Below are positions 1 through 12,400 of a stretch of 64,000 nt of DNA, piece by piece; the stretch's first letter is position 1; each line of letters starts with the position of its first letter. The DNA lies in NCBI RefSeq assembly GCF_018350175.1, contig NC_058369.1, forward strand, positions 6,636,001-6,700,000. The letters run 5' to 3'. The notes beneath the pieces are model-generated. The model did no database searches. It had not been told where the DNA came from and saw only the letters and a program-made list of their open reading frames with translations. A program made the translations under genes and the position numbers. The stretch is from Felis catus. Lineage: Eukaryota.

Positions 1-498
1 TGGCAAGATTTCATTCTTTATGGCTGAGTAATATTCCATTGTGTGTGTGTCTACATACACACACACACACACACCACGTCTTTTTCATCCATTCATCTGT
101 CCATGGACATTTGGGCTGTTTCCATAAGTCGGAATTGTAGATAGTGCTGCTATAAACGTTGGGGTGTGTGTGCTCCTTCGAAATCAGTATTTTTGTATCC
201 TCTGGGTAAATGCTTAGTAGAGCAATTGCTGGATTATGGGGTAGTTCTATTTTTAAGGAACCTCCGAACTGTTTTCCAGGGGGGCTGTGCCACTTTGCCT
301 TCCCACCATCAGTGCACGAGGGTCCCCTTTCTCCACATCCTCCCCAACACCTGTCGTTTCTTGTGTCGTTGGTTTCAGCCATTCTGACAGGTGTGAGGTG
401 GTGTTTCATCATGGTTCTGACTTGTATTTCCCTGATGGTGAGTGACGTTGAGCATCTTTTCGTGGGTCTGTTGGCCATCTGGATGTCTTCTTTGGAAA
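1..498 (-). mobile_element. Carnivore L1 ORF2 3' fragment (inverted part of a 5'-inverted insertion)
   Basis: Minus-strand ORF 11..478 resembles the L1 ORF2 C-terminus (KRCSTSLTIREIQ, HLTPVRMA, WKQPKCP); contains a (TG)/(CA) insert. Confidence 0.85.
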
Positions 499-812
499 AA
501 CATGATTTTACTCACACGTGGAATTTAAGAAACAAAACAAATGAGCAAAAGGGAAAAAAGAGAGAAGGAGAGAAAGAGGGGAAAACCAAGAAACAGACTC
601 TTAACCACAGAGAACAAACTCATGGTTACCAGAAGGGAGGTGAGCGCGTGTGTTGTGGGGGGGAGGGCGGTTTGGATGGCGATTAAGAGGCACACTTGTC
701 GTGATGAGTACCGGGTGTGGTATGGAAGTGTTGAATCAATACATTGTACACCTGAAACTAATATTACACTGTATGTTAACTAACTGGAACTCAAACACAA
801 ACTTAAAAAAAA
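499..812 (+). mobile_element. Carnivore L1 3' UTR with A tail
   Basis: Typical carnivore L1 3' end (ggaatttaagaaacaaaacaaatgagcaaaaggg ... tgtacacctgaaactaatattacactgtatgttaac) and A-rich tail. Confidence 0.85.
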
Positions 813-2197
813 TTAAAACTGTTGTGTGTCAAAGGACACTATCAAGAAAATGAAAATACACCACCAACTGGGAGAAATTATTTCCGAATCATATTCTGGA
901 CAAGGGACCAGTATTCACGACATATAATGAATGTGTATAATCCAAGAACAAAGACAAGCAACCGAATTCCAAACCGGGCCAAGGACTTGAACAGACGTTC
1001 TCCACAGAAGATCCAGAACAGCCGACACATGAAAAAGTGCTCAATGTCATCAGTCATGAGGGAAACACAAATCAGGGCGACAATGAAAAGAAATACTGCC
1101 TCATAACCGTGAAGACGGCTACCATCAGAGACACAAACGTTGGGGCAGATGGGAAATTGGAACCCTCCCACCTTGGCGCAGCTCCTGGGGAAGACAGTTC
1201 AGCAGTTCCTCAAAAAGCTAAACCTACTGATATATGACCCAGCATTCCGCTCCGACACATACCCAAGAAAGCCGAAAGCGCCTGTTTGCACAAACCGTGC
1301 ACCAATATTCTCAGCAGCAAGGTTTGTAACAACCAGTAAATGGAAACCACCCAAATGTGTATCAACCCATGAGTGAATTTTAAAGACGTGGCCAATCCAC
1401 AAAATGGTGCAACACTGCTAGACCTTCGAACATTAATTACGCTGCCTGAAAGGAGCCAGACCAAAGAGATCACAATGCCGGTGGCAGGAAATGTTCTGAG
1501 CAGGCAAACCCAGAGAAATGGAAGGCAAATGGGTGGTTGGCAGCAGGGGGCTGTGGGGAAGGTAACGGGTCCTGGCCACTTCCCGGGGAGGGGGTGAGGG
1601 GTGATGACAATGTTCTGACATTAGATGGCGTTGATGGTTGCACAACAATACTACTATGTCAAAAGTTACTGAATTGTGCACTTAAAAACAGCTAAAACAG
1701 GGGCTCCTGGGTTGCTCAGTCGGTTAAGCATCTGACTTCGGCTCAGGTCATGATCTCACGGTTTGTGAGTTCGAGCCCCACGTCGGGCTCTGTGCTGAAC
1801 AGCTCGGAGCCTGGAGCCTGCTTCGGATTCTGTGTCTCCCTTTCTCTCTGCCCCTCCCCTGCTTGTGTTCTGTCTCTCAATCTCTGTAAAATAAACACTT
1901 AAAAAAATAGCTAAAACAGGGGCACCTGGGTAGCTCAGAAGGTTGCGTGTCCTTGGCTCAAGTCACGATCTCACAGTTCTGTGAGTTCCAGCCCCGCGTT
2001 GGGCTCTGTGCTGACAGCTCAGAACCTGGGGCCTGACACAGAGCCTGATTCTGTGTGTGTGTCTCTCTGCCCCTCCCCCACTCACACTCTGTCTCTCCCT
2101 CTCTCTCTCAAAAATAAACAAACATTAAAGGAAATTTTTAATAATTAAAACAGTGACTTTTATGTTATGTGAATGTCACCTCAATTAAAAAAAAAAA
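813..2197 (+). mobile_element. Old L1M (L1MB-like) 3' fragment interrupted by two CAN-SINEs
   Basis: Degenerate ORF2 motifs (HMKKCSMSSVMRETQI, WKPPKC) and L1MB-type 3' end resuming at ~2145 after the SINEs. Confidence 0.7.
1700..2135 (+). mobile_element. Two tandem CAN-SINEs (SINEC_Fc-like)
   Basis: ggggc(t/a)cctggg tRNA-derived heads at ~1700 and ~1919, CT-rich bodies, AATAAA/A tails; repeated flank agctaaaacag. Confidence 0.9.
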
Positions 2198-2206
2198 GGA
2201 CAATAA

Positions 2207-2935
2207 CGTGGGGAATATTGTGGGGAATAAGCTTAGGAATTCCCTGGGCTTGCACCGATGGGTTAACAAGGCAGAAAGAATTAGAAAGCCATAGGATGTT
2301 CACACCCAAGTTTGGGTAAACAAGATTAGGTAAATAGGTATAGAGAGGGCGGGGCAAAGGCTCCAGGACAGACCAAAGGAGTATGAGGTAAACGAGATTA
2401 TATGTTCAGGGCGGAAGCGCCCCCCAAGTTAGAACTGTAGCAGAAAGCTGCTTTCACTGGAAGGAAGAGTAAAAACAGGAAAACAGGACTTTAGACCAGT
2501 GCTGGGCCAAGTGGCCCAGAGCCGAGATAATTAGCAGAAGAAAGGTGCCTTGGTGACCCTGAGGTAGCATGCTCTGTCTTTCTGGTCCCCCTCGGCAAGT
2601 TTAGGTAAACAGAGGTGGGGCCTCACATCTACTGTAAACAACCTTCCGCCAGGTGCCAGGACTTTGTTTTGTATCAACCCAAACCCCTAACCCCGCATAT
2701 CTTCAAGACCCCGTTTCCCTCACGCCCATGAGTTAATGTTCACAGATTCATGGTCTCCTTGTGCACGTCCATTGCCACGTTTGTAAGCCTTCTGATCCTA
2801 ATAAAAATGGAGCAAGGACCCTTAATCGGGGCTCTTGGCTTCTCCTGGACATGAGCCATCTCTCTCGCATTTTTTAATCCTGTGTCCCGCTCTCTTGCTG
2901 GGCGAGAAAGAACTCTAGACCCAGAGTCTACGACA
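2207..2935 (+). mobile_element. Solo ERV LTR in ZNF558 intron
   Basis: ~720 bp with TG start (tgtggggaata) and CA end (ctacgaca), AATAAA at 2800-2805 followed by a U5-like CT-rich segment; family not identified, no clean TSD. Confidence 0.65.
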
Positions 2936-2958
2936 AACAAAGTCTCGTTACAGGACTA

Positions 2959-3138
<180 letters not shown>

Positions 3139-3756
3139 TTAGGCAAGGACCATCCCCGCCAAGTGGGCAGGAAAAGGGCAGAGGACGATGGGACGAGGGG
3201 CCGGGAACCCAAAGCGCAGGATGTGCGGGCAGGGTTCTGAGCTCTGCTCTCAACCGCTTCTGGGCTCAGCCTGCGGTGCTCCTCCCTGTCTACTTATGCC
3301 CGCTCCCATGGTGAATGTGCCCCTAACACAGAGGTGATTCTCTTACTCCAGTGAGACTGTGAAATCCTGCAAGCTGATCTCCCTCCATCTGCAGGGCTGA
3401 GTAGAGGCCAGGGACATGGCAGAGATCAGAGAAACACCTGGTAAATGAATGAGCGATTCCCCCACAGCTGTCACCAAGTACTTGAGTTTAGGACACAGTC
3501 AGGTCTTCCTTAGTTTCCCCTAAAAACCTCTCTGCAGAACGTGATGGAGACGGTGACCCTGGAGGAACCTTGGCAACGTAGAAAACGTTGACAAACTCGA
3601 CATTGCCTGGGGGGCCCCTGACCCTCCATCAGATGCCCGGAGACCCGGGGCCCTCTGAACACCTGGTTTGGCCATGAGGCTCCGGGTCACTGGAGGAGAA
3701 CAAATTCAGCTTCTGGTCAAAGGAATAATGACTTGGAAAAAAGAGTAGTGACTCAC

Positions 3757-3845
3757 CGGTAACCAGCCAGTCAGGAAGCCCTTAGCCAACCCTTCCTCCT
3801 CCGTGCGTCCGCTCCGAGGAGAGGCTGAGTACAGGGAAGGCTGAG
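3757..3845 (-). CDS. ZNF558: ZNF558 second coding exon (89 nt)
   Basis: ttcttctccAG acceptor, GTGAGT donor; (A)QPSLYSASPRSGRTEEEGLAKGFLTGWLP joins in frame to both neighbours (31+89=120 nt). Confidence 0.85.
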
Positions 3846-4412
3846 CTGGAGAAGAAGAAATGAGTCAGGAGAGCCCAGGACGGCTCTGTATGCCAGCACT
3901 CACCAGTCTGGGGGCTTCCCCACCTACCTGCACATGACCACACCCCGAGACGCACACGCACGGCCACACCCATGACCACCCCACACAGTGTGGGTGGACA
4001 CACACATACACACACACACACACAGCTTTCACAGGACATGTGTCAGAGTGGCCCGGTCTCACCCAGGACCCAGGGCCAGGAAATAGGGCCAAGGGTCTTA
4101 CTGACCTGGAGGAAGAGATTATTAGTCCCATTTCACAGATGAAGAAACTGAAGTTCAAGGGACACCACTGTTATTTTTCCAAGTTTATAGAAAGAATCAG
4201 AGATACGGTTCAGAGGCTCTCCCATACTCACCACACAGGTGACATCTCCACAGACACTCAAACCACCAAAATCCCAAATCCCAAGAACCACATCGGGGAC
4301 CGGTGACCCCCGGGCATCTGGCTCCACTCCAGCCTCACTGCTCGGCCCCTCCTTTCCCGCTCCGTGGTGCAGGGGCCTTTACCGCCTGGACTCTGAGGGC
4401 CCCCCGACTTAC

Positions 4413-4443
4413 CACAAGTGGGGGGCAGAACCACGGCCGCCAT
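4413..4443 (-). CDS. ZNF558: ZNF558 first coding exon (start codon)
   Basis: ATG at 4443 in good context (aggATGG), MAAVVLPPTC resembles human MAAVILPST; GTAAGT donor; probable acceptor near 4506. Confidence 0.85.
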
Positions 4444-5114
4444 CCTGTGACTCAGACAGGAATTTCCCCAGACAATGGGCAGCGGAAGAACCCGGACGCT
4501 CCTCCTCTGGTCGGCACAGCGCGCTCAGGCCGGGCCCTGGTGGAAACGGGACAACAGGAAGCCTTCACAGCCTCTCTCCCACCGTGGGCTTCTGGGGACC
4601 AACCCATCTTAGCCTGCCCGTTGTGTCCTCCTTCAACATGCAGGTGGGGTCCCCAGTATTGGGTCTTTACTTAGCAGGTGATGAACCAGGCCTGGCGAAG
4701 CCAGAGCTCGTCCTCTTGGGTCCTAACGGTTTGACCGGGACACGCCTCCGCTGCCCCACCTAAATCCCCAGCTTCCCTGAGTCTCAGGGCACATTCTTCT
4801 CATGCAGGTGGCTGTCACAAACACATTCCCAGGTCCGACCCTTTGGTTACTGGAGATGACGACGGCTGATACTAGTCTTTGCCTCCCCCAGCCCCACCGC
4901 CCTCAGATGACGGGTGACGTCAGAGTGCGTGAGGACGACCCTCGGTGTTACGAGTTTGTCCCCTTCCACCTGGGGCGCCACCCTAGACCCTGTCATCACC
5001 TGACACTATTCTGCCACCTAAAACAATAGCTGAGAAAGGTCTCTCTGAATCCAGCCTCCCAAACGTTGTCCTTGTTCATGTTTTCTTTCCCTACATGTGT
5101 TTTGTTTGTTTTTT

Positions 5115-5301
5115 TTTTAGAGAGAGAGAAAGAGGGCAAGTGTGAGTTGGGGGCGGGGGTGCAGAGGGAGACAGAGAATCTCAAGCAGGATCCACACCCA
5201 GCGCAGAGCCCAATGCGGGGCTCGATCCCGTGAACTGTGAGATTGTGACCTGAGCCGAAATGGAGTTAGACGCTCAACTGACTGAGCCACCCCGGCGCCC
5301 C
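5115..5301 (-). mobile_element. CAN-SINE
   Basis: Reverse-complement SINE head ending cacccggcgcccc with T-rich tail. Confidence 0.85.
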
Positions 5302-5849
5302 TTACACGTGTTCTTTCACCACACGGAGGACTCTCCCCCGCCCCCGCTACTTCATCAGGCACGTCCTGTTCTCATCTCACGCTTCCCCCCTCGATTTCAT
5401 CACCCCTCACTCACACATTCCTCATCCACACACCCTGCCCGCGCCCCTGCCCAGCAGAGCTGCACCTGGCCCGGTTCCAGTGACCTGCCGGCTCCATGGC
5501 AGCGTCCAGGGGACCTACCCGCGGTGGGGCTGTCATGCAGCCACCTCTGGGGAAGCACGGTCACCAACATGCAAACAGCCTTGACCCTGCAGGACATCCT
5601 GTAAGTCCGTGCGGCTCCCCACCATCAGGCCTCTAATCTCTTTACCCCTCGCACACCCTCCTCTCCGCCCTCCGCGGCAACCAGCTTCCTGAATGGCCCC
5701 CATGACCCAAGCCTCCTGGTGTCCACACCCGCCTGCGTCGGGCTGACCCGGGTCACAAGAGCGCCTTGGGGGTGACTTCCCAGGCTGGGTGCTCCAAGGC
5801 ATTGCAGCGTTGCTTGGTCTCTCGCCCCGCTTGCTCCGGAGGAAGCCCT

Positions 5850-6165
5850 GTTACAAGGAACTCGGGTGGCCCCACGGAGGGACCGACTTGGAGAGGAACC
5901 GAGGCCTCCTTCCAGCAGCACCACTGACGTGCCTGCCTGGGAGCAAACCGCCTTGGCCTTGAACCCTCGGCACCAGTCCAGGCTCCAGATGGCTGCAGCC
6001 CAGCTGAGAGCCCGCTAGGAACTCAGGAAAGTCTCTGAGCCAGAACCTTCTAGTGAAGCGGTCCTGAACTCCTGAACCACAAAGACCATGAGATCTGATA
6101 CATGATCATCATCGTTTTAAGTCACTGAGGTTTGGGACAACCTGTTAGGTGGCAACAGATACACA
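5850..6165 (+). mobile_element. MaLR LTR remnant (MLT1-type)
   Basis: MLT1-like 3' end (ttttaagtcactgaggtttggg ... gcaacagatacac). Confidence 0.55.
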
Positions 6166-7099
6166 CACCCTCACTTTGCGCAGATGGCCCTGCCTCCTAC
6201 TTCTCACAGTAACCCCTGTGAGAAGGAATCTCCCTTCCTCGGAAGCCACCAGAATGGCCACGTGACCCCGGCCTCCGCCCTCCCTCCTGTTACAAGCCGG
6301 GAGCTGTCTTCCCTCCTGGGTGAGGCCGGGCTCTGCAGCTCAGATCTGTGCTCCTCCACCTGCCTTCTTAGGGGCTGCACACTGTGGGCAGTCTCTTGTC
6401 TGCCCTCCCCTCCCGCTCTCCCCCTCCACCGGACCCCCTCCCACACCATTCAAACCCCATGCAGTGTTTTTAGTAGTGAAATAAATCTATCGTAAGGGCA
6501 GTCTTCATTCTGGTACCAGTCTCTCTCCCTGAGCCCAGGGAAAGTGTTTCACTCTGTCTCATTTCTCACGTCCCACTGGCTCCTCAACCTAGGACACTCT
6601 GGCTTCCACCACGACCATTTCAAGGACGCCACCCTTGATAGAATCACCATTGATCTTCTTCATAACCACAGAGATGGGAGACTGTAGCTACGATGACACC
6701 ATTTTTAATCTGTCAGATCGACAAAGACCTGGTGGAGCACATCTTTTATTGGCAAGGATGTCTGGAAAGGCACTTTCATACGCGACTGGGGCACAATTCC
6801 TACGGAAGGAAAATTGTCAATTTGATGCAAAATGCAAAATCATTTACCCTTTCCCTGCCAATCACACTCCTAGGAACCGATCTCAAGGATACACAAATAC
6901 TAAAAGGCAGGCTGTGATTATTCACAATGGCCTTACGTGTAATATCCAAGGACTGGAAACAATACAACTGAGCATCAATAGGGAATTAGTGCAATAAACT
7001 ACGGAATATCCACAGAATGAAGAAACATGCAGCCAAAAAAGAAAGAGATGATCTCTAGGTATTGATAGAGATTCTTATCTCCAATATTTAAAACAAAAT

Positions 7100-7288
7100 T
7101 TTTAAATTTATTTATTTATTGGTGGGGGGGGGCGGCAGGGAGTGGTGAGGAGAGAGGGAGATAGAGAACCCCAAGCAGGCTCTGTGCTGACAACACGGAG
7201 CTCGGGGCTCGATCCCATGAACCGTGACATAATACCTGAGCCAAAATCAAGAGTCGGCACTCAACTGACTGTGTTACCCAGGTGCCCC
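7100..7288 (-). mobile_element. CAN-SINE
   Basis: Reverse-complement SINE body and head (cccaggtgcccc). Confidence 0.85.
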
Positions 7289-7571
7289 TCCAATAAATGT
7301 AAGTGGAAAAAAAAATCAATGTTCACAGCAGTATATATGGAATGTTTCCTTTTTATAAAAAGGGAATGAATACCTCTTTTCTCTGGAGTTAGGGAATCAA
7401 ATGTCACTCCATAAAACCAGCTTCCTGAGGTCTCTCTGTGTGCCTTCGCTGTACCCAAAAGATACAAGCGATAAAGGGTCTGTATGAGCAGGGAGGGGAA
7501 CCTTGGCCACTAAGAGTCTGGTTGGGCCAGGTGGAAAGAAAGTGCTGCGGGGCATTTTTGCCTCCCAGGCC

Positions 7572-7799
7572 TGTGTGCAGACAGATTAATGCCCGTGCCC
7601 CAAAGGTGTCCATGTTCTACCCCTCAGAATCTGTGAATATGTGAGTTTCCATAGCAAAAGGGATTGTGCAGATGTGATTAAGGTAAGGATCCTGCGATGG
7701 GGAGATTATCCAGGTGAGCCCAATGTCATCACAAGAGTCCTTACCAGAGGGAGGTAAGAAGGTCAGGTCAGAGAAGAAGGTGTTGGTGATGCAAGCAGG

Positions 7800-7844
<45 letters not shown>

Positions 7845-8078
7845 AGGATGCTACCCACTGGCTTTAAGTGAAGGAAGGAGCCACAAGCCACGAACGCAGG
7901 AGGCCTCTACAAGATGGAAAACACATGGACACCGATTCTCCCCTAGAACCTCCAGAAGGAATGCAGCCCTGCTGATCCACTTCGGACTTCTGACTTCCAG
8001 AATGGCAGGTGAAATCTGTGCTGCTTTAAGCCACTAAGTACCGGTAAGTGGTGACAGCAGCCACAGTAAACGAATACA
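7572..8078 (+). mobile_element. MaLR LTR (MLT1D-like) with internal (GA)n
   Basis: gcaaaagggattgtgcagatgtgattaaggtaagg ... gattctcccctagaacctccagaagga ... gaataca; GA repeat ~7805-7840. Confidence 0.75.
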
Positions 8079-8154
8079 GCCTCTCACACCAAACCTTCCC
8101 TAAGGCTTGGTGTGAGTCCAACAGACCCGGACAACTGCCGTGGACCCTCCTTAC

Positions 8155-8289
8155 CTTCTGCAGGTGGAGGACGTCTCCTTTCTCCCCACCGGAGACCCAA
8201 TCTGCAGTTAGGATGAGTTCCAGTCACTGAGCTGAGGAGTCAGAGGGCTGGGATCCAGCCACCCCCAGAGCCCCAAGCGGAAAAGCAGA
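8155..8289 (-). other. ZNF558: Candidate ZNF558 5' UTR exon
   Basis: ccttctcAG acceptor and strong AAG/GTAAGG donor between promoter and first coding exon; splice signals only. Confidence 0.4.
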
Positions 8290-8451
8290 CTGAGAAGGCG
8301 CCTGGGGCACTTTTAGGCTCCGAGTCCCCCCATCAAGGTCTCCTGGCAGGTGAAACCTCACAAGAAGGCAGGAGGGGGTCTCTGCTCAGTTTACAGATTC
8401 AGTGACTCCTGCTCCTGGATGTATGTCAGTGCTGGATGATGGGTCACTTAT

Positions 8452-8646
8452 CAGTGCTGCCCAACGGGACTTTCAGTGATGACATAAATGTCCTCTAATT
8501 CTGCTCCGTCCAGTTGGCAGCCACAAGCCACATGTGGCTACTGGGCACTTGAAACGTGGCCAGTAGGACCGAGAAAAGGAACTCTTCCCGTTGTTTTAAT
8601 TAAAATAGCTCCAGGTGACTCGTGGCTACCGCCATGGACAGGGCAG
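8452..8646 (+). mobile_element. MER3-like hAT DNA transposon remnant
   Basis: cagtgctgcccaacgggactttcagtgatga ... gccacatgtggctactgggcacttgaaacgtggc ... ggacagggcag. Confidence 0.65.
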
Positions 8647-8929
8647 CTGTGGACACACTCAGGCCCGACTGCTTTCAGGATGTGCAGGAGGGGGCCTGTG
8701 GGTGGCAAAGTGGGGGGAAAGCATGGACTCCGGTGAGGGGATGCCTGCAGGTTTGCATGGACAGGAACGAGGGGCATAGTACGTGCCCTGTCCCATCACA
8801 CAAAATACAAGCATGAATGAAAGCATCGTACGTTTTCTCAGTTCTACGCTCCTGGGTCTCTTCTTCCCATTTCTTTCTTTCTCCACAACCATCATCCAGG
8901 CCTGGGGAACAATCATCTTATCCCTAAAC

Positions 8930-9437
8930 TTCTTTTTTTTTTTTAATTTTTTTTTTCAACATTTATTTATTTTTGGGACAGAGAGAGACAGAGCGTGAAC
9001 AGGGGAGGGGCAGAGAGAGAGGGAGACACAGAATCGGAAACAGGCTCCAGGCTCTGAGCCATCAGCCCAGAGCCCGACGCGGGGCTCGAACTCACGGACC
9101 GCGAGATCGTGACCTGGCTGAAGTCGGACGCTTAACCGACTGTGCCACCCAGGCGCCCCACCTAAACTTCTTCTTACCACTCCCTGTCTTGCCTCTTAAG
9201 TCTTCCTTCTTTGAAAAAAAATTTTTTTTAATGTTTATTTATTTTTGAGAGAGAGAGTACTAGCAGGGGAGGCACAGAGAGAGAGAGAGGAGAGGGAGAC
9301 ACAGAATCTGAAGCAGGCTCCGGGCTCTGAGCTGTCAGCACAGAGCCTGATGCAGGGCTCGAACCCACAAACCGCAAGATCATGACCTGAGCCAAAGTCA
9401 AATGCTTAACCTGAAGACTGAGCCACCCAGGTGCCCC
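8930..9437 (-). mobile_element. Two CAN-SINEs (young SINEC_Fc 8930-9158; older copy ~9215-9437)
   Basis: Full-length reverse SINEs; TSD-like flanks cctaaacttc and aagtcttcctt. Confidence 0.9.
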
Positions 9438-9994
9438 ATCAAGTCTTCCTTCTTAATCCGGAAGTCCATTTTAACCCACATGCACAGACCAGCTGTGACT
9501 CACATCCTCCCAGTGCTCACATCTCTAGTGTCTCTCCACTGGTCCTAGAACAGAGTCTAATCTAATACCTGATCTGGTCCAGCCTACCCTGCTCTGGGCT
9601 GGCTTACCCCCTGCCCCCCAACTTCGTTGTCTCGGCCCAGCCATTTCTGTCCTCCCAGCTTGTGGAGCACAGAAGGCTCTCTCCTGCCTCAGGGGTTATC
9701 TTCATGCGGTTCCCTTGGCCTGAAACGCTCTCTTGAAATCACTCCCACAGGCTCGCTCCAGCTAACCCTACAGCTAGTTCAACCTGACCCCAACCTCAGC
9801 TCTCCAGGTAAATCGTCCTTCTCCAGAAGGCTTCCCTGTTTCCGCCACTGAGCCCTCTGGGCCAAGCTCCCACATCACTCCGGTCATTAATTATTTAAAA
9901 TCACGATTCCCTATTAGAATGTAAGTTCCATGGACATGGAAAAAGGTCTTCTTGGTTCTCCCAGGTCTCTATGCATCTGGCCCAGGCCCTGGCT

Positions 9995-10110
9995 CCCGGG
10001 GATGCTGAGCCATCCTGGTTTGCCCAGAACTGTCCCGGTTTGAACACTAAACGTCCTATGTCCTGGCAATCCTCTTACTCTCAAATACACAAGGATGGTT
10101 GGTCGCCATA
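9995..10110. mobile_element. Short hAT MITE (MER94/MER81-like)
   Basis: ccatcctggtttgcccagaactgtcccggttt ... ggatggttggtc with imperfect terminal inverted repeat. Confidence 0.5.
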
Positions 10111-11005
10111 AACTGTGCACTCAAAGGATACCTACTGCGTGACAAATAAACATCCCCCCTCCAGAACATTACAGGAAAGCGAGAACAAAAAAGGGACACA
10201 CACACATACACGTAATTAGTAAAACCTAACAATTAAATAGATTACTGAACAGAATCCTCTGCGATGTGAATCGCCAGACTGTTATTTCAGAGAAGTTTGA
10301 AGAAATAAAGTTAATTCCTTGTCCACCAAAAGGCAAGGTAGAGAGGGCAATCTTTGTGGAAACTAGTGCCCTAACCTGCGACCTACAAGTTGCTGTATAT
10401 TCCCCCAAATAATTGTAAATCTCATTAAGTAAATGAAGAAATGAAAATCACTTCTTCAAAATACATCTTGTTACTGGTCAATTCAGTTTTAAATTAATTA
10501 CTAACAGAAAGAAGTCCTAAGCACTCCCCCCCACCATGTGCCTGTAATTTCAACCTCTGTGGAGGATCTGTAGGGCTTTAGACGCCAAACCGAATGGGTC
10601 TAAGGACTGTGGCTGAGTAGTCTTGCTTATCTTCAGTGGGATGTCTTGTAATCTTACATGTACATGTAAAAAATGTATATATTTTTCTATATAAAATCCT
10701 GACATTTCTAGTATTATGGAATGCAAGAAAGTCTGCATTTCTCTACGGTTACACTCATTTACATATTTGTTTAATGTGTACTTATTTGCATACAAGTGCA
10801 TTTACTGCCTTATTTCCACCCACGCCTCAGTATCCTTCCTTTGAACGTAATCTATCAAACAGACAAATAATTTTTCTTAGGATACCCTCCCTCTTAGTGG
10901 CTCTTTGCGTTTACAACCTGAGCAGCATGAAAACCCACTAAGAGCTCTCCTCTGCATAGCGGAGGTTGCTGGCACCTGTTGTGACAAGGTCCTTGCGGTG
11001 CTCAC

Positions 11006-11070
11006 CTGGTCACACAGAAACCCACGGATCAGGGAGGATGGCACACTTCAAGGCTGGTGGGATCTCGAAG
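11006..11070 (-). other. ZNF558: Candidate ZNF558 5' UTR exon
   Basis: Strong CAG/GTGAGC donor at 11005; acceptor position uncertain. Confidence 0.35.
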
Positions 11071-11433
11071 CTGCTTTTAACACAGACTTGGGGGGGGGGC
11101 GGGGAGGCACGAAGACCGCTTTTGAGGCCTTTTGATAGGAAGTAATCGTTCTTGGATAGAAAGACCACCCATTCATCTTTGTTTCGTTTTCATTTACTTA
11201 AAGTGTCAACGTTGGCCGTGACTGGATTTACCTGATTTCCACGTAGCCATCTGCACCCCAAGTGGGAGAAAGCAGTGTCATGCTGGGTGTGCATGTGACT
11301 TGCTCAACTCATCTGGCTGGATCAAGATTTTACGGTGACTCCAGACACTTTAAACACGGGCTTGTTACTTAAGGGCGCTGATAAGCGACTCAGCTGACTT
11401 TGATCAGGACTTCAGAGCTTTTAAGGCCCTAGA

Positions 11434-11618
11434 GCAGATCTCCCGACCCCGGCACTATTGATAACGCTTCGTTGTGGGGGGCTGTTCCGTGCACTGTGGG
11501 ATGCTCAGCAGCATCCCTGGCCTCCCCACACCCCCATTTGTACAACCCAAACAATGCCTCCAGACATTGCTGAAAGTCCTCTCGGGGAGAGGGGGGAGGT
11601 GGAAATCACCCCTCAAAG
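11434..11618. mobile_element. MER20 DNA transposon
   Basis: ggcactattga ... ggctgttccgtgcactgtgggatgctcagcagcatccctggcctc ... ctccagacattgc is MER20-like. Confidence 0.75.
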
Positions 11619-11619
11619 G

Positions 11620-12400
11620 AGGAGGCAGCGGCGCCCGGAGTCGGGAGGAACCGCAGCCTGGGACTGACCGGAGGCAACAGCCCAGGGAGGAAACGGGGCT
11701 CCGGTTACAGACGGGGGGGACGCGAGGACGCCAGAGCCCGTGACCGGGAATGCCCGCGGCCTTCGCCCCTCCCTGGGCGCCTACCGGACCCCCCGGACTG
11801 CCCGCCGCGCACCGAGTCCGGCCCGTTGCGCTGAGGCCAAACATACCACGTGAAGCCGGTCCCGCGCGAAGAAGACAGGACACCCCACGCAGCCAGCCCC
11901 GCAGGCTCCTTCCACGGCAGCGCCCCACGCTTCCGCTTCCGGTCTCGGGCTGGCCGCCTCTCGCCCCAGTTCCGGTCTCTGTCGAGCCGCGGCGGAGAGG
12001 GGCGTTTAGGGGCTCCGGGTTGGGGCGGGCGGGGGTCACCGCCGCGCACCCCAGCCTGGGGCGAGGGTTTCTAGCTCTCTGAGGGAGGGCCCACGGCCCT
12101 GGGCTGCGTCAGCACCAGGGACGGAGACCAGTCCTAGGGGCGGGCTGTGGGCGGCGCCAGGCAGACGGGCCACGTTCAGGTCCGTGGGTGGGGCTGTGGG
12201 CGGGAACGGGGTGTCGGCGGGCGGGGAGGTGGGCGGAGACTGGTTCCGGGGCGTGGCTGTGGGCGGGGTTGTAGCCGAGGGAAACCAATTCCCGGGTCAG
12301 GGGTGTGGCTGGAATAGGCTCGGCGGGTGGGCGGGACAGTGGGAGGAAATCAGTTCCAGGGGCGGGGCTGGAGGCGGGGCTTCCCGTGGGTCCCTAGACC
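11620..12400. promoter_or_regulatory. CpG island, ZNF558 promoter and likely divergent promoter for MBD3L1
   Basis: Very GC/CpG-rich; tandem ETS/GABP motif ccggaagcggaag (minus strand, 11930-11942), many GC boxes (ggggcggg) 12020-12380, CRE half site tgcgtca ~12104. Confidence 0.85.
11847..11960 (-). other. ZNF558: Probable ZNF558 non-coding exon 1
   Basis: GTG/GTATGT donor at 11846 just downstream of the ETS motifs in the CpG island; TSS approximate. Confidence 0.55.
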
